A stretch of 64,000 nucleotides of DNA from Pristiophorus japonicus (taxonomy: Eukaryota), in contig NC_091992.1 in NCBI RefSeq assembly GCF_044704955.1, positions 125,488,001 through 125,552,000 of the forward strand. The letters are read 5' to 3'. Every line of letters starts with the position of its first letter. Position 1 is the stretch's first letter. Below are positions 1 through 12,881 of this stretch, in pieces. The notes below the pieces were generated by a model. That model was not told the DNA's origin, searched no databases, and saw only the letters and a list, made by a program, of their open reading frames with translations. Both the position numbers and the translations under genes were made by a program.

Positions 1-190
1 CTCTCCTGCCTCCCACCCTATCACAGACCTTCCCTTTTGTTCTTTCCTCCCCTCCCCCTGTCACTGCCTCTGAACTGCCTTAAGAACCTTTCCAGTTCTG
101 ACGAAGGGTCACAGACCCGAAGCGTTGACTCTGTTTCTCTCTCCACAGATGCTGCCTGACCTGCTGAGATTTCCAGCATTTTCTGCTTTT
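1..190 (+). mobile_element. Penelope-like terminal repeat fragment with minimal hammerhead motif (core GAAA mutated to GAAG)
   Basis: AGTT-CTGACGA-A-GGGTC-ACA-GACCC-GAAG-CGTT at 94-126 followed by ...CAGATGCTGCCTGACCTGCTGAG...TTCCAGCATTTTCTG; same family at 20138 and 49045 (minus). Confidence 0.65.
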
Positions 191-739
191 AGCTCCTAAC
201 CGAGATGGATTGCCTGTATGGACGTCAATGGGAGATTCATACATAATTAGTAATTGTGTGGTTGCTGGCCAAGATCACTCTGTTCGAAAACACTGCTGAC
301 GATAATTGGCCTGTTGCAGCACAAGGTAGATAGCGTGACCCCTGTATCTTTGTAAAGTATTGTTTGAACAATTAAGAGCTGCTGTGTGTGAATGCCCTTT
401 GTTCTGACAGCTCTTCCCGGGTTCCTCGGCTGGCCACTTAAGTTATCAGGCACAAATCGATGTATCAAAGCATCTTGTGGGGTAGTGGGTTTGATTGACG
501 GCTGTGTCTGGGTGGAGATGTGGACCAGAGCTGTGCGTGAGGACTATATCAATGATTGGCTGCAGTACTTTCACGGACAACTCTGCAGACAGGGGATTCC
601 AATTATGGCGATATATTGCGCCGCTGAACACAACTCATCAGTCAGTGTCTAGCCAGCAGAAAGACTCGGCTAATTTGACTCAAAGGAAACGTTTTGCCAT
701 GTGAGAAGAAAACAACCAGTTTCCACGAAGAAGATCTCT

Positions 740-2480
740 CAACAACAACAAGAACAAGTACTTATATAGCGCCTTTAACATAGTAAAACGTCCCAAGGTG
801 CTTCACAGGGGTGTTATCAAACAAAACTTGACACCAAGCCACATAAGGAGGCATTTGACAAGGTGCCACATAAAAGGTTACTGCACAAGATAAAAGTTCA
901 CGGGTTTGGGGGTAATATATTAGCATGGATAGAGGATTGGCTAACTAACAGAGAACAGAGAGTCGGGATTCATTCTCTGGTTGGCTACCAGTAACTAGTG
1001 GGGTGCCGCAGGGATCAGTGCTGGGACCTCAACTATTTACAATCTGTATTAACGACTTGGAAGAAGGGACTGAGTGTAACGTAGCCAAGTTTGCTGATGA
1101 TACAAAGCTGCGAGGAAAAGCATTGTAAGAGGAGGACACAAAAAATCTGCAAAAGGACATAGACAGGCTAAGTGAGTGGGCAAAAATTTGGCAGATGGAG
1201 TATAATGTTGGAAAGTGTGAGGTCATGCACTTTGGCAGAAAAAAAACAAAGAACAAGTTATTATTTAAATGGAGAAAGATTGCAAAGCGCCGCAGTACAG
1301 CGGGACCTGGGGGTACTTGTGCATGAAACACAAAAGGATAGTATGCAGGTACAGCAAGTGATCAGGAAGGCCAATGGTATATTGGCCTTTATTGCAAAGA
1401 GGATAGAATATAAAAGCAGGGAAGTCTTGCTACAGCTATACAAGGTATTGGTGAGGCCACACCTGGAATACTACATGCAGTTTTGGTTTCCATATTTACG
1501 AAAGGATATACTTGCTTTGGAGGCAGTTCAGAGAAGGTTCACTAGGTTGATCCCGGTGATGAGGGGGTTGACTTATGAGGAAAGGTTGAGTAGGTTGGGC
1601 CTCTACTCATTGGAATTCAGAAGAATGAGAGGTGATCTTATCGAAACATATAAGATTATGAGGGGACTTGACAAGGTGGATGCAGAGAGGATGTTTCCAC
1701 TGATGGGGGAGACTAGAACTAGAGGGCATGATCTTAGAATAAGGGGCTGACCATTTAAAACTGAGATGAGGAGAAATTTCTTCTCCAAAAGAGTTGTAAA
1801 CCTGTGGAATTCGCTGCCTCAGAGAGCTGTGGAAGCTGGGACATTGAATAAATTTAAGACAGAAATAGACAGTTTCTTAAATGATAAGGGGATAAGGGGT
1901 TAATGCGGAGCAGGCGGGGAAGTGGAGCTGAGTCCAGGATCAGATCAGCCATGATTTTATTGAATGACGGAGCAGGCTCGAAGGGCCGTATGGCCTACCC
2001 CTGCTCCTATTTCTTATGTTCTTATGTTCTTATTAAGGCAGATGACCAAAAGCTTGGCCAAAGAGGTAGGTTTTAAGGAGCGTCTTAAAGGAAGAGAGCG
2101 CCGTAGAGGTTCAGGGAGGGAGTTCCAGAGCTTGGGGCCTAGGCAACAGAATGTATGGCCACCAATGGTTGAGCGATTATAATCAGGGATGCTCAAGAGG
2201 GCAGAATTAGAGGAGCGCAGACATCTCGGGTGGGGGGGGGGGGGGGGGGGGTTGTGGCACTGGAGGAGATTACAGAGATAGGGAGGGGGCGAGGCCATGG
2301 AGGGATTTGAACACAAGGATGAGAATTTTAAAATTGAGGCGTTGCTTAACCTTGAGCCATCGGTTAGCGAGCACAGGGGTGATGGATGAACAGCGCTTGA
2401 TGCAAGTTAAGGCACAAGCAGCCGAGTTTTGCATGATGTCGAGTTTACGCAGGGTAGAATGTGGAAGGCCAGCCAGGAGT
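740..2480 (-). mobile_element. L2-like LINE 3' fragment split by a CR1 insertion (851-2030)
   Basis: (CAA)n tail and TATATAGCGCC at the left end; sequence resumes at TATTAAGGCAGATGACCAAAAGCTTGG after the CR1; similar to L2 pieces at 4799, 14497, 17270, 25160. Confidence 0.7.
851..2030 (+). mobile_element. CR1 LINE, 5'-truncated, degenerate ORF2 RT C-terminal half and 3' UTR
   Basis: [42 protein letters not shown] motifs; (TTCTTATG)n tail. Confidence 0.92.
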
Positions 2481-3595
2481 GTGCAGCGGCCTTCCCCTTT
2501 AAGCGAAGCATCGGCAGAGCTTCCCTCCCTGCCCCAGTAACGCCCCGGGACACACCCCCAAAGGAAGTGGAGCGGTGAGATTGCGCTCCGTTTCCTTTAA
2601 GGGGCGGGAAGTGCAATTCCGCGGCGGGGGCGGGACTTCAACGCCGGGCGCTAAAAGTCCCGGCCCAGATGGTTCCCGCCCCCAATCAGAACGCAGGAGC
2701 AATTTCGCCCCCGAGATCTGCTTACGGGATTGGTCAGTGACGTGCACACAAGTGGCTCAAAGCTCAAAAACGTGACAGCAATGTTTGATCAAAGCTAATG
2801 CTAAACTTTAATATAATTTTGTCCATCCTTTCTAACAAAAGAAAATCAATTGGATTAACTGTAAAAAAAAAAAAAATCATTAACTGAAATAATGCCTCCC
2901 TGCGTGAGTTATTCCTGCGACTCTGAATAATTTCATCATCCAAGACTATCAAAAGCACATTTTGTTTTGGTATAAAGTAATTCGGGTTTGATCTGCGAAG
3001 CTAGGCCGCAGCAATATCAGATGGGAGACAGGAGCAGTGGTGAGGGATAGAGGTTGGCACAGGCCCATTTGCCGAGGGCAGGGTGGGATTTTGTAAACAA
3101 AGGAACTGAACCCCAATATTAATCTCAGGACAACACAGAATATTTAAATCCTTGCAATTTTTTTTTTAAAACCAAAGAAACGCAGAGCACCGGGATTCTA
3201 AACCAATGAATATCCGGACAAAACATATAGTTGGTATTTATGCCTCATGGTAGTACAGCCCCACTTATCTCCCACTTGTACACTTGCTGTCTCAGGTGTC
3301 CTCCATCCACTATTTCTCTGATAGAAGCAGCCTGTGGCTTGCACTATCTTCTGCAACTTCTGGTACCATTGACATGAGTATTCACTGACACACGGAGCAA
3401 TCTATCTGTGACCATTAATTGAACAAGCTCCAAGTATTGTAGCTGCCTTTTCTCAATTCTGTCAGGCTCCATATTGATTTGTTACCTGATGCCCTCGCTC
3501 TGTATCCTTTGTAAACAGAACATTGCTGCTGTCACATACCTGCTAATAGATAGATCAAAGCAACGTCCACAGAGACTTGCGAGGCTTTCCTGAGT

Positions 3596-3940
3596 GTCAG
3601 CCTTGGCTCAGTGGGCAGTGCTCTCACATGAGTTGAAAGGTTTTGGGATTCAAGTCCCACTCCAGGAACTTGAGCACACAATCTAAGCTGACACGCCCGG
3701 TGCAGTGCTGCACTGTCGGAGGTGCCCTCTTTCGGATGAGACGTTAAACTGAGGCCCCGCCTGCTCTCTCAGTGGGCATAAATGCCCCATTGGTACCATT
3801 CGAAGAAGTGAAGGGGAGTTCTCTCAGTGTCCCGGCCAACATATATCACTCAACCAGAACAGATTATCTGCTCATTTAGCTCACTGCTGTGAAGAAATTG
3901 GTTACCGTGCTTTCCTACATTGTAAACGTGACAACACTTC
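3596..3940 (+). mobile_element. tRNA-headed Deu-domain SINE (SacSINE1-like), interrupted by a solo LTR
   Basis: A-box-like TGGCTCAGTGG, B-box-like GATTCAAGTCC, core GGAGGTGCC..TTTCGGATGAGACGTTAAAC. Confidence 0.8.
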
Positions 3941-4592
3941 TGTAATGTATTTGCTTCATGGGTTCTTTGCTTAAGAATTCATAGCAACACATCGCTATTA
4001 ATAAGAACATAAGAAATAGAAGCAGGAGTAGGCCATACGCCCCCTCGAGCCTGCTCCGCCATTTAATAAAATCATGGCTGATCATCATGGTCCACTTCCC
4101 CGCCCCTTATCGTTTAAGAAACTGTCTATTTTTGTCTCAAATTTATTTAATGTCCCAGCTTCCACAGCTCTCTGAGGCAGCAAATTCCACAGATTTACAA
4201 CCCTCTGAGAGAAGAAATTTCTCCTCATCTCTGTTTTAAATGGGCGGCCCCTTATTCTAAGATTATGCCCTCTAGTTCTAGTCTCCCCCATCAGTGGAAA
4301 CATCCTCTCTGCATCCACCTTGTCAAGCCCCCTCATAATCTTATACGTTTCAATAAGGTCACCTCTCATTCTTCTGAATTCCAATGGCTTATTAGCAAAG
4401 GTTTAACAATGAGCTGGTAACATGTTTCCAGCTCATGCACTAGGCTCACAACTGCATACCTCATCGTGGATGACCTAGACCCAACTGGCTGGGGTTTTAT
4501 TGAGTCTTGTGAACATCACGTGACTGGCTAAGCCACTCACAACTCAACAGCTCTACAAACCTGCAAATGTACTCACAGGTGCGTACATTACA
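3941..4592 (-). mobile_element. Solo LTR, family A, EMPTY at the Tx1 target site; contains a CR1 3' fragment (4001-4386)
   Basis: TGTAATGTA...TACATTACA termini; 5-bp TSD ACTTC/ACTTT; AATAAA on minus strand; homologous to 43401, 45821, 52908. Confidence 0.85.
4001..4386 (-). mobile_element. CR1 LINE 3' end nested in the LTR
   Basis: ORF 4085-4384 EFRRMRGDLIETYKIMRG...; tail ATAAGAACATAAGAA. Confidence 0.9.
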
Positions 4593-4798
4593 ACTTTAAA
4601 AGCGCTCCCGATCCCACTGTCCCCCTCCCCGACAACAGGCACGACCTACTGGTCAACTCCCTGCCGATACTTGGCCGCGATCAGTGCCCACCGCTCGCCA
4701 GTTAAATTCAAAACCAGGCCCGGAGCCGAAAATGATCCGGGCCTTCCTGACATTGGCGCCGGGCGGGCGCAGTGGACACACCACCCATTTCGCACCCG

Positions 4799-5083
4799 TT
4801 TCAGCTGCCTGGGCCCCAAGCTCTGGAACTCCCTGCCTAAACCACTCTGCCTCTCTTTCCTCCTTCAGCCATGATCGTATTAAATGGCGGAGCAGGCTTG
4901 AGGGGCCGTATGGCCTACTCCTGCTCCTATTTCTTATGTTCTGAAAACCTACCTCTTTGACCAAGCTTTTGGTCACCTTAATTTCTCCTTATGTGGCTCG
5001 GTGTTAAATGTTTTGTGCCATAACACTCCTGTGAAATGCTTTGGGACGTTGAAGGTGCTATATAAATACAAGTTGTTGTTGTT
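4799..5083 (+). mobile_element. L2-like LINE 3' end containing a short CR1 3' UTR piece (4866-4942)
   Basis: CTCTGGAACTCCCTGCCTAAACC...GACCAAGCTTTTGGTCA...GCTATATAAAT..(GTT)n. Confidence 0.7.
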
Positions 5084-5743
5084 GTGTCCTACCGAAGTTT
5101 AAAGACTACCCTCCCGTGCGTCTGTGCAAGGTAGAAACGTGGCAGGTGTATATATTTAAACGAAAGATGTGTTGGACTTTTGTTTTTAGCTTTTAAAGAA
5201 TTGCTAGAGGCTGAAATGACAGCCTGACTCCGTTAGCAAATCATTGTGAATGAACAGAGAGCGAGTCATTGGAAAACCTCCCCTGTGCACTTGTCACCCT
5301 GCAGGATATGCCGAATTACTCCCCAGATGGGAAGATTTTTCCTTTTTTCTCTCTGTCGGCAAAAACAGGACGGAAAAAAAAGAACAAAAGAAGCTGTAAC
5401 TTGGAGCTCAAAGGAATATTTTCAGTCCTTCGCCACACCGTAACACTTGCACAGTCGGCCTCTGCCGAAAACAAGCTGCCGCCTTTAAATATTCAACCAC
5501 AGGTCAATGCTGCCTATCTTAATGAGAACGTAATTGGATTATAAATAAAAATACCGAAGGACAAAGCTTGCCCAAAAAGCATTTTTCTGCTTGAGGTACG
5601 CGATCGGCTTCAAAGCCTCCAAACATTGCTTGGTGCATCAACAGATTCAGACAAAAGAAAAATCCTGAACCATTTTTAAACCAATTTAAAAAAAAGAATT
5701 AAACTTTAGCTTCAGGTTTTTATATAGCGTGTTAAGAACCAAC

Positions 5744-5955
5744 TATTGTGTTCCGAAAACACATGAGGCTGCACACAGGGAGGTTAAAGTAACAGTGACC
5801 TCAGTCTTTAATAAGACACTCCAGAGTGAGGAACAGGCCTTAGGGGCTTCCTTATATACTGTGCTCCCAGGGGATGTTGGGATCCCTTTGGGACTTCAGG
5901 GGATGCGCTCCATGGTGGCAGAACATGGGAGTGCATGCTTTACAGATACACAACA
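5744..5955 (-). repeat. 3' LTR of the Gypsy element
   Basis: TGTTGTG...CACAATA on minus; preceded by polypurine tract GGGGGAGTGA (5956-5965). Confidence 0.92.
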
Positions 5956-5988
5956 TCACTCCCCCTGCAAAGTCAAAGTGAAAACTAT

Positions 5989-7321
5989 TTACAAGGTGAG
6001 GCGGTCGGGAGCCTTTCTTTCCCTGGTGGACCGCCTCGGTACAAATGTCTGTTCTGGTGTGTTGGCTGTGCCCTCGCTGGGCTGGCGTGTTGTTGGCCCT
6101 GCAGGGCTGCTGGGTGAGTCTGGCCTTGCTGAGCTGTTGGGCGTGATGGGTTCGATTTCCTGGTCCGGCGTGGTGTCGTTGATCCTTTGGGTGTGTGTTG
6201 TGGGCTCGAAAAAGGTGGTGTCTGCTGTGGGTTGTTCAGGGCAGTCTGTGAACCGCAGCCTCGTTTGGTCCAGGTGCTTTCTGCAAATTTGTCCATTGTC
6301 TAGTTTGACTACAAACACCCTATTCCCTTCTTTAGCTATCACCGTGCCCGCGATCCACTTGGGACCATGTCCATAGTTTAGCACATACACAGGGTCATTC
6401 AGATCAATTTCCTGTGACACAGTGGCGCGACCATCGTTTACATTTTGTTGCTCTCTACCTGATCATGCAGGTTGGGGTGAACCAGCGAGAGTCTGGTTTT
6501 AAGTGTCCTTTTCATGAGTAGCTCAGCCGGGGGCACCCCTGTGAGCGAGTAGGATCTCGTGCGATAGCTGAGCAGGACTCGGGACAGGCGGGTTTGGAGT
6601 GAGCCTTCTGTGACTCGTTTAAGGCTCTGTTTGATTGTTTGTACTGCCCGCTCTGCCTGCCCATTGGAGGCTGGTTTAAATGGGGCCGAGGTGATATGTT
6701 TGGTCCCATTGCGAGTCATGAATTCTTTAAATTCGGCACTGGTGAAACATGGCCCGTTGTCACTGACCAGTATGTCAGGCAGGCCGTGGGTGGCAAACAT
6801 GGCCCTCAGGCTTTCAATGGGGCGGTGACGGTGCTTCCCGACATTATTTCACATTCAATCCATTTTGAAAAAGCATCCACCATCACCAGGAACATTTTAC
6901 CGAGAAACAGGCCCGCATAGTCGACATGGATCCTTGACCATGGTCTGGAGAGCCAGGACCACAAACTTAGTGGTGCCTCTCTGGGCGCGTTGCTCAACTG
7001 AGCACATACACTGCATTGCCGTACACAGGACTCTAAGTCAGAGTCGATACCAGGCCACCACACGTGGGATCTGGCTATCGCTTTCATCATTACTATGCCC
7101 GGGTGTGTGTTGTGGAGATCCGAGATGAACATCTCCCTGCCCTTTTTGGGTAGCACTACGCAGTTACCCCACAACAGGCAGTCTGCCTGAATGGACAGCT
7201 CGTCCTTTTGCTGCTGGAACGGCTTGATTGGCTCTTGCATTTCAACGGGGATGCTGGCCCAGCTCCCATGCAGTACACAGTTTTTTTTATTAGGGACAGC
7301 AGAGGATCTTGGCTGGTCCAA
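5989..7321 (-). pseudogene. pol: Gypsy integrase, frameshifted
   Basis: H..HPG, CSVC zinc-binding motif, WSRIHVDYAG, SDNGPCF, SNGQAERAVQT; C-terminal RRSTRERKAPDRL. Confidence 0.92.
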
Positions 7322-8685
7322 GTCCTAATCTGGCGGGCCGTGACAGGTGATTTATCATTTTCAAACGCTTCCATGACCATCAACAAGTCTGCGGGCTGCG
7401 CCACCATCAACAAGTTTGCAGGCTGCGCCATTTCCACCCCTGTGGTGGGCAATGGTAGCCGACTGAGAGCATCCGCACAGTTCTCGGTGCCTGGCCTGTG
7501 GCGGATGGTATAGTTATACGCTGATAGCGCGAGTGCCCACCTTTGTATGCGGGCTGAGGCATTAGTATTTATCCCCTTGTTTTGATCGAACAGGGATGTG
7601 AGGGGCTTGTGATCGCTTTCCAGCTCAAATTTGAGGCCAAACAGGTACTGATGCATTTTCTTTACCCCGAACACACACGCTAATGCCTCTTTCTCAATCA
7701 TGCTGTAGGCCCTCTAGACCTTAGACAAGCTCCTGGAAGCATAGGTGACAGGTTGTAACTTCCCTACAATGTTAGCTGGTTGTAATACACACCCGACTCT
7801 GTACGACGACACGTCACATGCTGGCACAAGTCTTTTACATGGGTTATACAATACAAGCAGCTTGTTGGAGCATAACATGTTTTTGGCTTTCTCAAAAGCA
7901 ATTACTTGTTTTTTTCCCCATACCCAGTTCTCACCTTTGCGCAATAACACATGTAGGGGCTCTAAAAAGGTGCTTAACCCCAGTAGGAAGTTACCAAAAT
8001 AGTTGAGGAGTCCCAGGAACGACCGCAGCTCCGTGACGTTCTGTGGCCTGGGCGCGTTCCTGGTAGCCTCTGTCTTGGCATCTGTGGGCCGAATGCCGTC
8101 CGCCGCGATCTTTCTCCCCAAAAACTCCACTTCTGTTGCCATGAAGACGCATTTTGACCTCTTCAGCCGCAGCCCTATGCGATCCAGTCGCTGGAGGACC
8201 TCCTCCAGGTTTTGTAGGTGCTCGGCAGTGTCCCGACCCGTGACCAATATGTCGTCCTGAAAGACCACCGTGTGTGGTACCGACTTGAGTAGGCTCTCCA
8301 TGTTTCTCTGGAAGATCGCTGCAGCCGACCGAATTCCAAACGGGCATCTGTTGTAGATGAACAGTCCCTTGTGCGTGTTGATGCAGGTGAGGCCCTTCGA
8401 AGACTCCTCCAGCTCCTGCGTCATGTAGGCCGAAGTCAGGTCGAGCTTGGTGAACATCTTGCCTCCTGCCAGCGTCGCAAATAGGTTGTCTGCCTTAGGT
8501 AGCGGGTATTGGTCCTGTAGCGAGAAATTATTAATAGTTACTTTATAATCGCCGCAAATCCTGACCGTGCCATCACTTTTGAGTACTGGAACAATCGGGC
8601 TGGCCCACTCGCTGAATTCCACTGGGGCGATGATGCCCTCGCATTGCAGCCTGTCCAGCTCGATTTCCACTCTCTCTCTCATCAT
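7156..8685 (-). pseudogene. pol: Gypsy reverse transcriptase and RNase H, frameshifted
   Basis: WASPIVPV, ICGDYK, KLDL..AY, CPFG, FQDD, FLGLLNYF, IEKEALAC, SDHKPL, ADALSRL. Confidence 0.93.
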
Positions 8686-9994
8686 GTGAGGTACCGCTCG
8701 CGCCTTGTGGTGAATGGGTCGTGCCTCTGGGACCTCGTCCCGGAAAAGTTTCCAATGCCTGGCTCAAAAAGGGAAGGAAATTTGTTAAGAACCTGGGTAC
8801 ATGAAGCCCTATCAACATGTGATAGCGCTCGGATGTCATCCCAGTTCCAGCGGATTTTGCCCAGCCAGCTCCTTCCAAGCAGTGTGGGGCCATCGCCCGG
8901 GACAATCCAGAGTGGCAGTTCGTGCACTGTGCCCTCGCAGGTGACCTTGACCATGACGCTGCCCAGGGCAGAGATAAGCTCTTTGGTGTACGTTCTCAGT
9001 TTCGTGTGGATGGGGCTCAGGGCTGGTCTGAGTGCCTTGTTGCACCACAGTCTCTCAAATATCTTTTTACTCATGATGGATTGGCTAGCACCAGTGTCCA
9101 ATTCCACAGCTACAGGTAAGCCATTCAATTTTACGTTTAGCATTATAGGTGGGCATTTCATCGAAAATGTGTGCACCCCGTGTACTTCAGCATCTGCCTC
9201 CTCTCTCTGAGGCTCGAAATTGCTTTGATCCACCATGGACCGATCTTCATCTGCCACGTGGTGGTTAGCAGGTTTTGCAGATCTTGCACCTCCACAGCGC
9301 CAACAAGGTGTGAATTGCCTTGCATTCATCCTTTGTTGCAGACTCTGAGTCATCTGGGTCACCTGAGGCCTGCTGACAGTTGCAGACTCGTGGATTCTGC
9401 CCTGTACATTTCTGCTCTCAAACACAGTTCCAGTTAATTTATGAACATTGCTAGCACTTGTGTGCTGAGAGATTTGTTTGGTGTTATCACTGGTGGACAT
9501 AAACGCCTGTGCTATCGCAATGGTCTTACTGAGGGTCGGTGTCTCTACAGTGAAAAGTTTTTGTAGGATGGTCTCGTGGCCAATGCCCAGTACAAAAAAG
9601 TATCTAAGCATTTGCTCCAGGTGGCCATCAAACTCACATTGTCCTGCAAGTCGCCTTAGCTCGGCGACGTAGCTCGCCACTTCCTGACCTTCAGATCGCT
9701 GGCACGTGTAGAACCGATACCTCGCCATCAGCATCTCCCTCGGGTTAAGATGCTCCCGAACCAGTGTACACAGCTCCTCATACGACTTATCTGTGGGTTT
9801 CACCAGAGCCAGAAGATTCTTCATGAGGCTGTAGGTCGGTGCCCTGCAGACTGTGAGGAGGACCACTCTCCTTTTTGAAGCGCTTCCTTCTGCGTCCAGT
9901 TCGTTGGCTACAAAGTAATGGTCTAGCCGTTCGACATAGGCTTCCCAGTCCTCACCCTCCGAGAACTTCTCCAGGATGCCCACAGTTTGCTGCA
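8682..9994 (-). pseudogene. gag: Gypsy gag-protease, degenerate
   Basis: GILEKF..EDWEAYVERL gag N-terminus; partial zinc knuckle CWRCGG; aspartic protease LDTGA. Confidence 0.88.
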
Positions 9995-10015
9995 TCTTTG
10001 CGTTGGATTCGTATT

Positions 10016-10025
10016 CTCGTCGCCA
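10016..10025 (-). promoter_or_regulatory. Primer-binding site TGGCGACGAG (complementary to the tRNA-Ser(GCU) 3' end)
   Basis: 2 nt downstream of the 5' LTR; tRNA identity recalled from the vertebrate tRNA-Ser 3' end CTCGTCGCCA. Confidence 0.8.
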
Positions 10026-10027
10026 GT

Positions 10028-10238
10028 TATTGTGTTCCTGACACAGATGAGGCTGCACACAGGGAGGTTAAAGTAACAGTGACCTCAGTCTTTAATAAGA
10101 CACTCCAGAGTGAGGAACAGGCCTTAGGGGCCGGCTTATATACAGTGCTCCCAAGGGATGCTGGGATCCCTTGGGACTTCAGGGGATGAGCTCCCTGGTG
10201 GCGGAACATGAGAGTGCATGCTTAACAGATACACAACA
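10028..10238 (-). repeat. 5' LTR of the Gypsy element
   Basis: Direct repeat of 5744-5955; followed on minus by the PBS. Confidence 0.92.
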
Positions 10239-10429
10239 CCAACTACAATATTTTAAAATAATGTTTAAAACTGCAGATGGTGCAGTCCAAAGTAATGCAA
10301 AAGCCTTTTTCTGCCACTCATTATCCCTCAGATTCCTTGTAAATACTTCTAATACAGGCACGTATTTCGAAAGCATCAACTTTTACTTTAACAGCCAGAA
10401 GGACCTGTGAAAATGGAGCAAATGATCAA

Positions 10430-11161
10430 GGGGCAGAAATTGCCCCGTGGTGTGTCCTATTAGCACCGCTTGGCAATTGCCTTTTTGCCCCAGGGAAGGG
10501 CGGTGGTTGCGCCGGGGGCAAAATTGCCCCCGAGATTTTGGAGGTAATTTGAAGTTAGTGCCACAAGCCCATGATTTGTACCGCGGGACGGCGAGCACCG
10601 CCATCGCTGTGCGCGTCGATCCCCTTACACCCCGCGGGGAGAAATTGCCCCAGGGAACGCGAGCATGGTGCGGGCCGAAGTCTGCGCCCTTTAAGGGGGC
10701 AGGCCGTGTCCGTCCAGGAACGCCATTTTTTGTTGTTGTCGACTGACTCTTCCGTTTGGCCTGACAATGGCGGCCCTCGTCTTGACTCTCCCGCCACCAA
10801 GCAGCCTGGCCCGGCACTCCTCTTTGGGTCGAGACTGTGTTCCCCTGGTGGCCCAGTGGTGGCCATCAAAGGGCCATGCAGAGCCCGCAGCGGCCCTCCC
10901 CTTTAGCTGAAGGGGGAGGGGCCTTGTGGCACTTTAGCGCTAGGCGGAGCTTCCATGTCGCGTTGACCTCTTCAACGCGGCACTGCACCCAGCCGCGGGA
11001 GCCCCCCTCCAACGAGGTGCAGCATCTGAGACAGAGTGCGCCTCGTTTGAGGGGCGCAAAGGGGCTATTCCACGCCAGGAGTGAGACTTCCTGCCGGGCG
11101 GTAACTGACCCGGCCCGGGGAGTTATCGCCCCCGGATGGGCCGCGGGGCAATTTTGGCCCC
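10430..11161. mobile_element. GC-rich non-autonomous DNA transposon (Harbinger/PIF-like MITE)
   Basis: TIRs GGGGCAGAAATTGCCCCGTGG / CCGCGGGGCAATTTTGGCCCC; 3-bp TSD CAA on both sides. Confidence 0.75.
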
Positions 11162-11488
11162 CAAGTCTATCTGGAGAGACACGGGGAGGAGTGGGGGGGG
11201 AGCGGGAGAGGGGAGAGAATGGGGGAGCTGTTGCACACCATCTCCTTTTATCAATATATCTTATGTAGACAGTTATAAGCGTTTATTATTTACTTGCAAT
11301 GTATTACCCGCTCCCGCAAATACTTTTAATCTCGGTTGAAACCTTAAACTTGCTGAGCATTTCACCTTTGACCTTGAAAAACAAGCATATGCTCACAGCT
11401 GATTTCCCAACTTTTCCACCCAAATTCAGGAAAAATGAAACCCAAAAATCAGTGGGTCTAAATACGATTTATAAATCAGGCACCATTT

Positions 11489-11960
11489 GTCAGCTGTGGC
11501 TCAGTGGGTCGCACTCTCGCCTCTGAGTCAGAAGGTTGTGGGTTCAAGTCCAGAGACTTGAGCACATAAATCCAGGCTGACACTCCAGTGCAGGGCTGAG
11601 GGAGTGCTGTACTGTCGGAGGTGTCGTCTTTCGATCATGGGCCCCGTCGGCTCTCTCAAGTAAGAAACTAAAAGATTCCATGGTGCCATTTCGAAAAAGA
11701 GCAGGGGAGTTATCAGCCCAATATTCAGCCCTCAATCCCTAGTGTCCTGGCCAATATTCAGCCCTCAACCAATTTCATTAAAACAGATTGGCTGGTCTGT
11801 GTCATGTTGCTGTTTGTGGGAGCTTGCTGTGCGCAAATTGGCTAACGCATTTCCTACATTACAACAGTGACTACACTCCAAAAAGTATCTCATTGGCTGT
11901 AAAGCACTTTCAGGTGTCAGGTGGTTGTGAAAGGCGCTATATAAATGCAAGTCTTTCTTT
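11489..11960 (+). mobile_element. Deu-domain SINE, full length
   Basis: GTCAGCTGTGGCTCAGTGG head, GGTTCAAGTCC B box, L2-like tail GGCGCTATATAAATGCAAGTCTTTCTTT. Confidence 0.85.
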
Positions 11961-12741
11961 ATTTAAAATTAACCCCCCAATAAATGTGCTCTCTTGTTAA
12001 CAAGTTTCGATCCACAATTTTGAGTTGCCCTGCATTTGTGCTGCGCTGTTTAATCACAGTCCACTAGTAAAATATGAAAACACTGCACTGGCAATAAAGC
12101 AACTTGGCAAACTGAAGCACCATCTCGACAAACAAGGCTGTAGAGGTTTACACTTCAATAGGTGCAATCTACAGCAAGAGACATGAAGGACAGCAAGATG
12201 TGAGCTGTCTGTTCCACTCAAGATCACACGCACAACTGTACTCCAATCAACAGCCACTACTTACCGTCCTGATACAACATCAAAATGCTACCTCACATAA
12301 TCACTCTTTGGCCAAAAGAAACAGTCATTTTAAATCCTGCGAGCCAAAGGAAATTAGATTGATTCCGCACTTATTCGCCACTGTAAATGGCTGTGGTAAA
12401 AGATGCATCAGTAAATTAATTTACAGGAAAACTCTCATCATAAAATAAGTCCTACATTCCATTAAAGCTGGTGGGCATGTTTAGCGTGCGCACAAAAATT
12501 AATTATAATTTGTTATCGTTTTCCATCCAAGTTTACGCTTGAGAAATCCCTCAGCATGCATAGTCGACTGTGAAAATATTCGAGGCTCTTTCAGTTTTAC
12601 TGATCAGCATTTCAACTGTTAGCAACAGACCTGAACGTGGTGACATTGCTAATTTGATATTTCAGGATGTTATTATTAAAAGGCAAAGGAAAATCGAATC
12701 ATATAAAAATGTACATTTTGTTTTGTTTCTGGAATGTATTT

Positions 12742-12866
12742 TACCCCCACCCCACTATTCTTCCCCCCCCCCACCCCACTATTCTCCCCCCCCCACCCCA
12801 CTATTCTCCCCCCCCCACCCCACCATCCTTTCCCACCCCACCCCACTTCCCCACCCCCAACCCAAC
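12742..12866 (+). repeat. C-rich minisatellite (CCCCACCCCACTATTCT-like units)
   Basis: At least three tandem units; G-runs on minus strand. Confidence 0.8.
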
Positions 12867-12881
12867 ATTCTTGTTTTATTT

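Larger units (their letters stand above)
5744..10238 (-). mobile_element. Gypsy/Ty3 (Mag-like) LTR retrotransposon, near full length, frameshifted
   Basis: Two ~212-bp LTRs (5744-5955, 10028-10238); 5-bp TSD CCAAC at 5739-5743 and 10239-10243; PBS and PPT present; order gag-PR-RT-RH-IN. Confidence 0.95.

Noticed and set aside
392-704. Short ORFs as host exons
   Set aside because: No recognisable domain or convincing splice-site pair.
5729-6376. 215-aa plus-strand ORF (also 8644-9210)
   Set aside because: Antisense shadow of the Gypsy LTR and pol.
10383-11268. CpG island or GC-rich gene with overlapping ORFs
   Set aside because: Bounded by TIRs and a 3-bp TSD, so it is a MITE; the ORFs reflect stop-codon scarcity.
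11489-11560. tRNA genes at the A/B-box motifs
   Set aside because: These are SINE heads followed by the SINE body; no complete cloverleaf.
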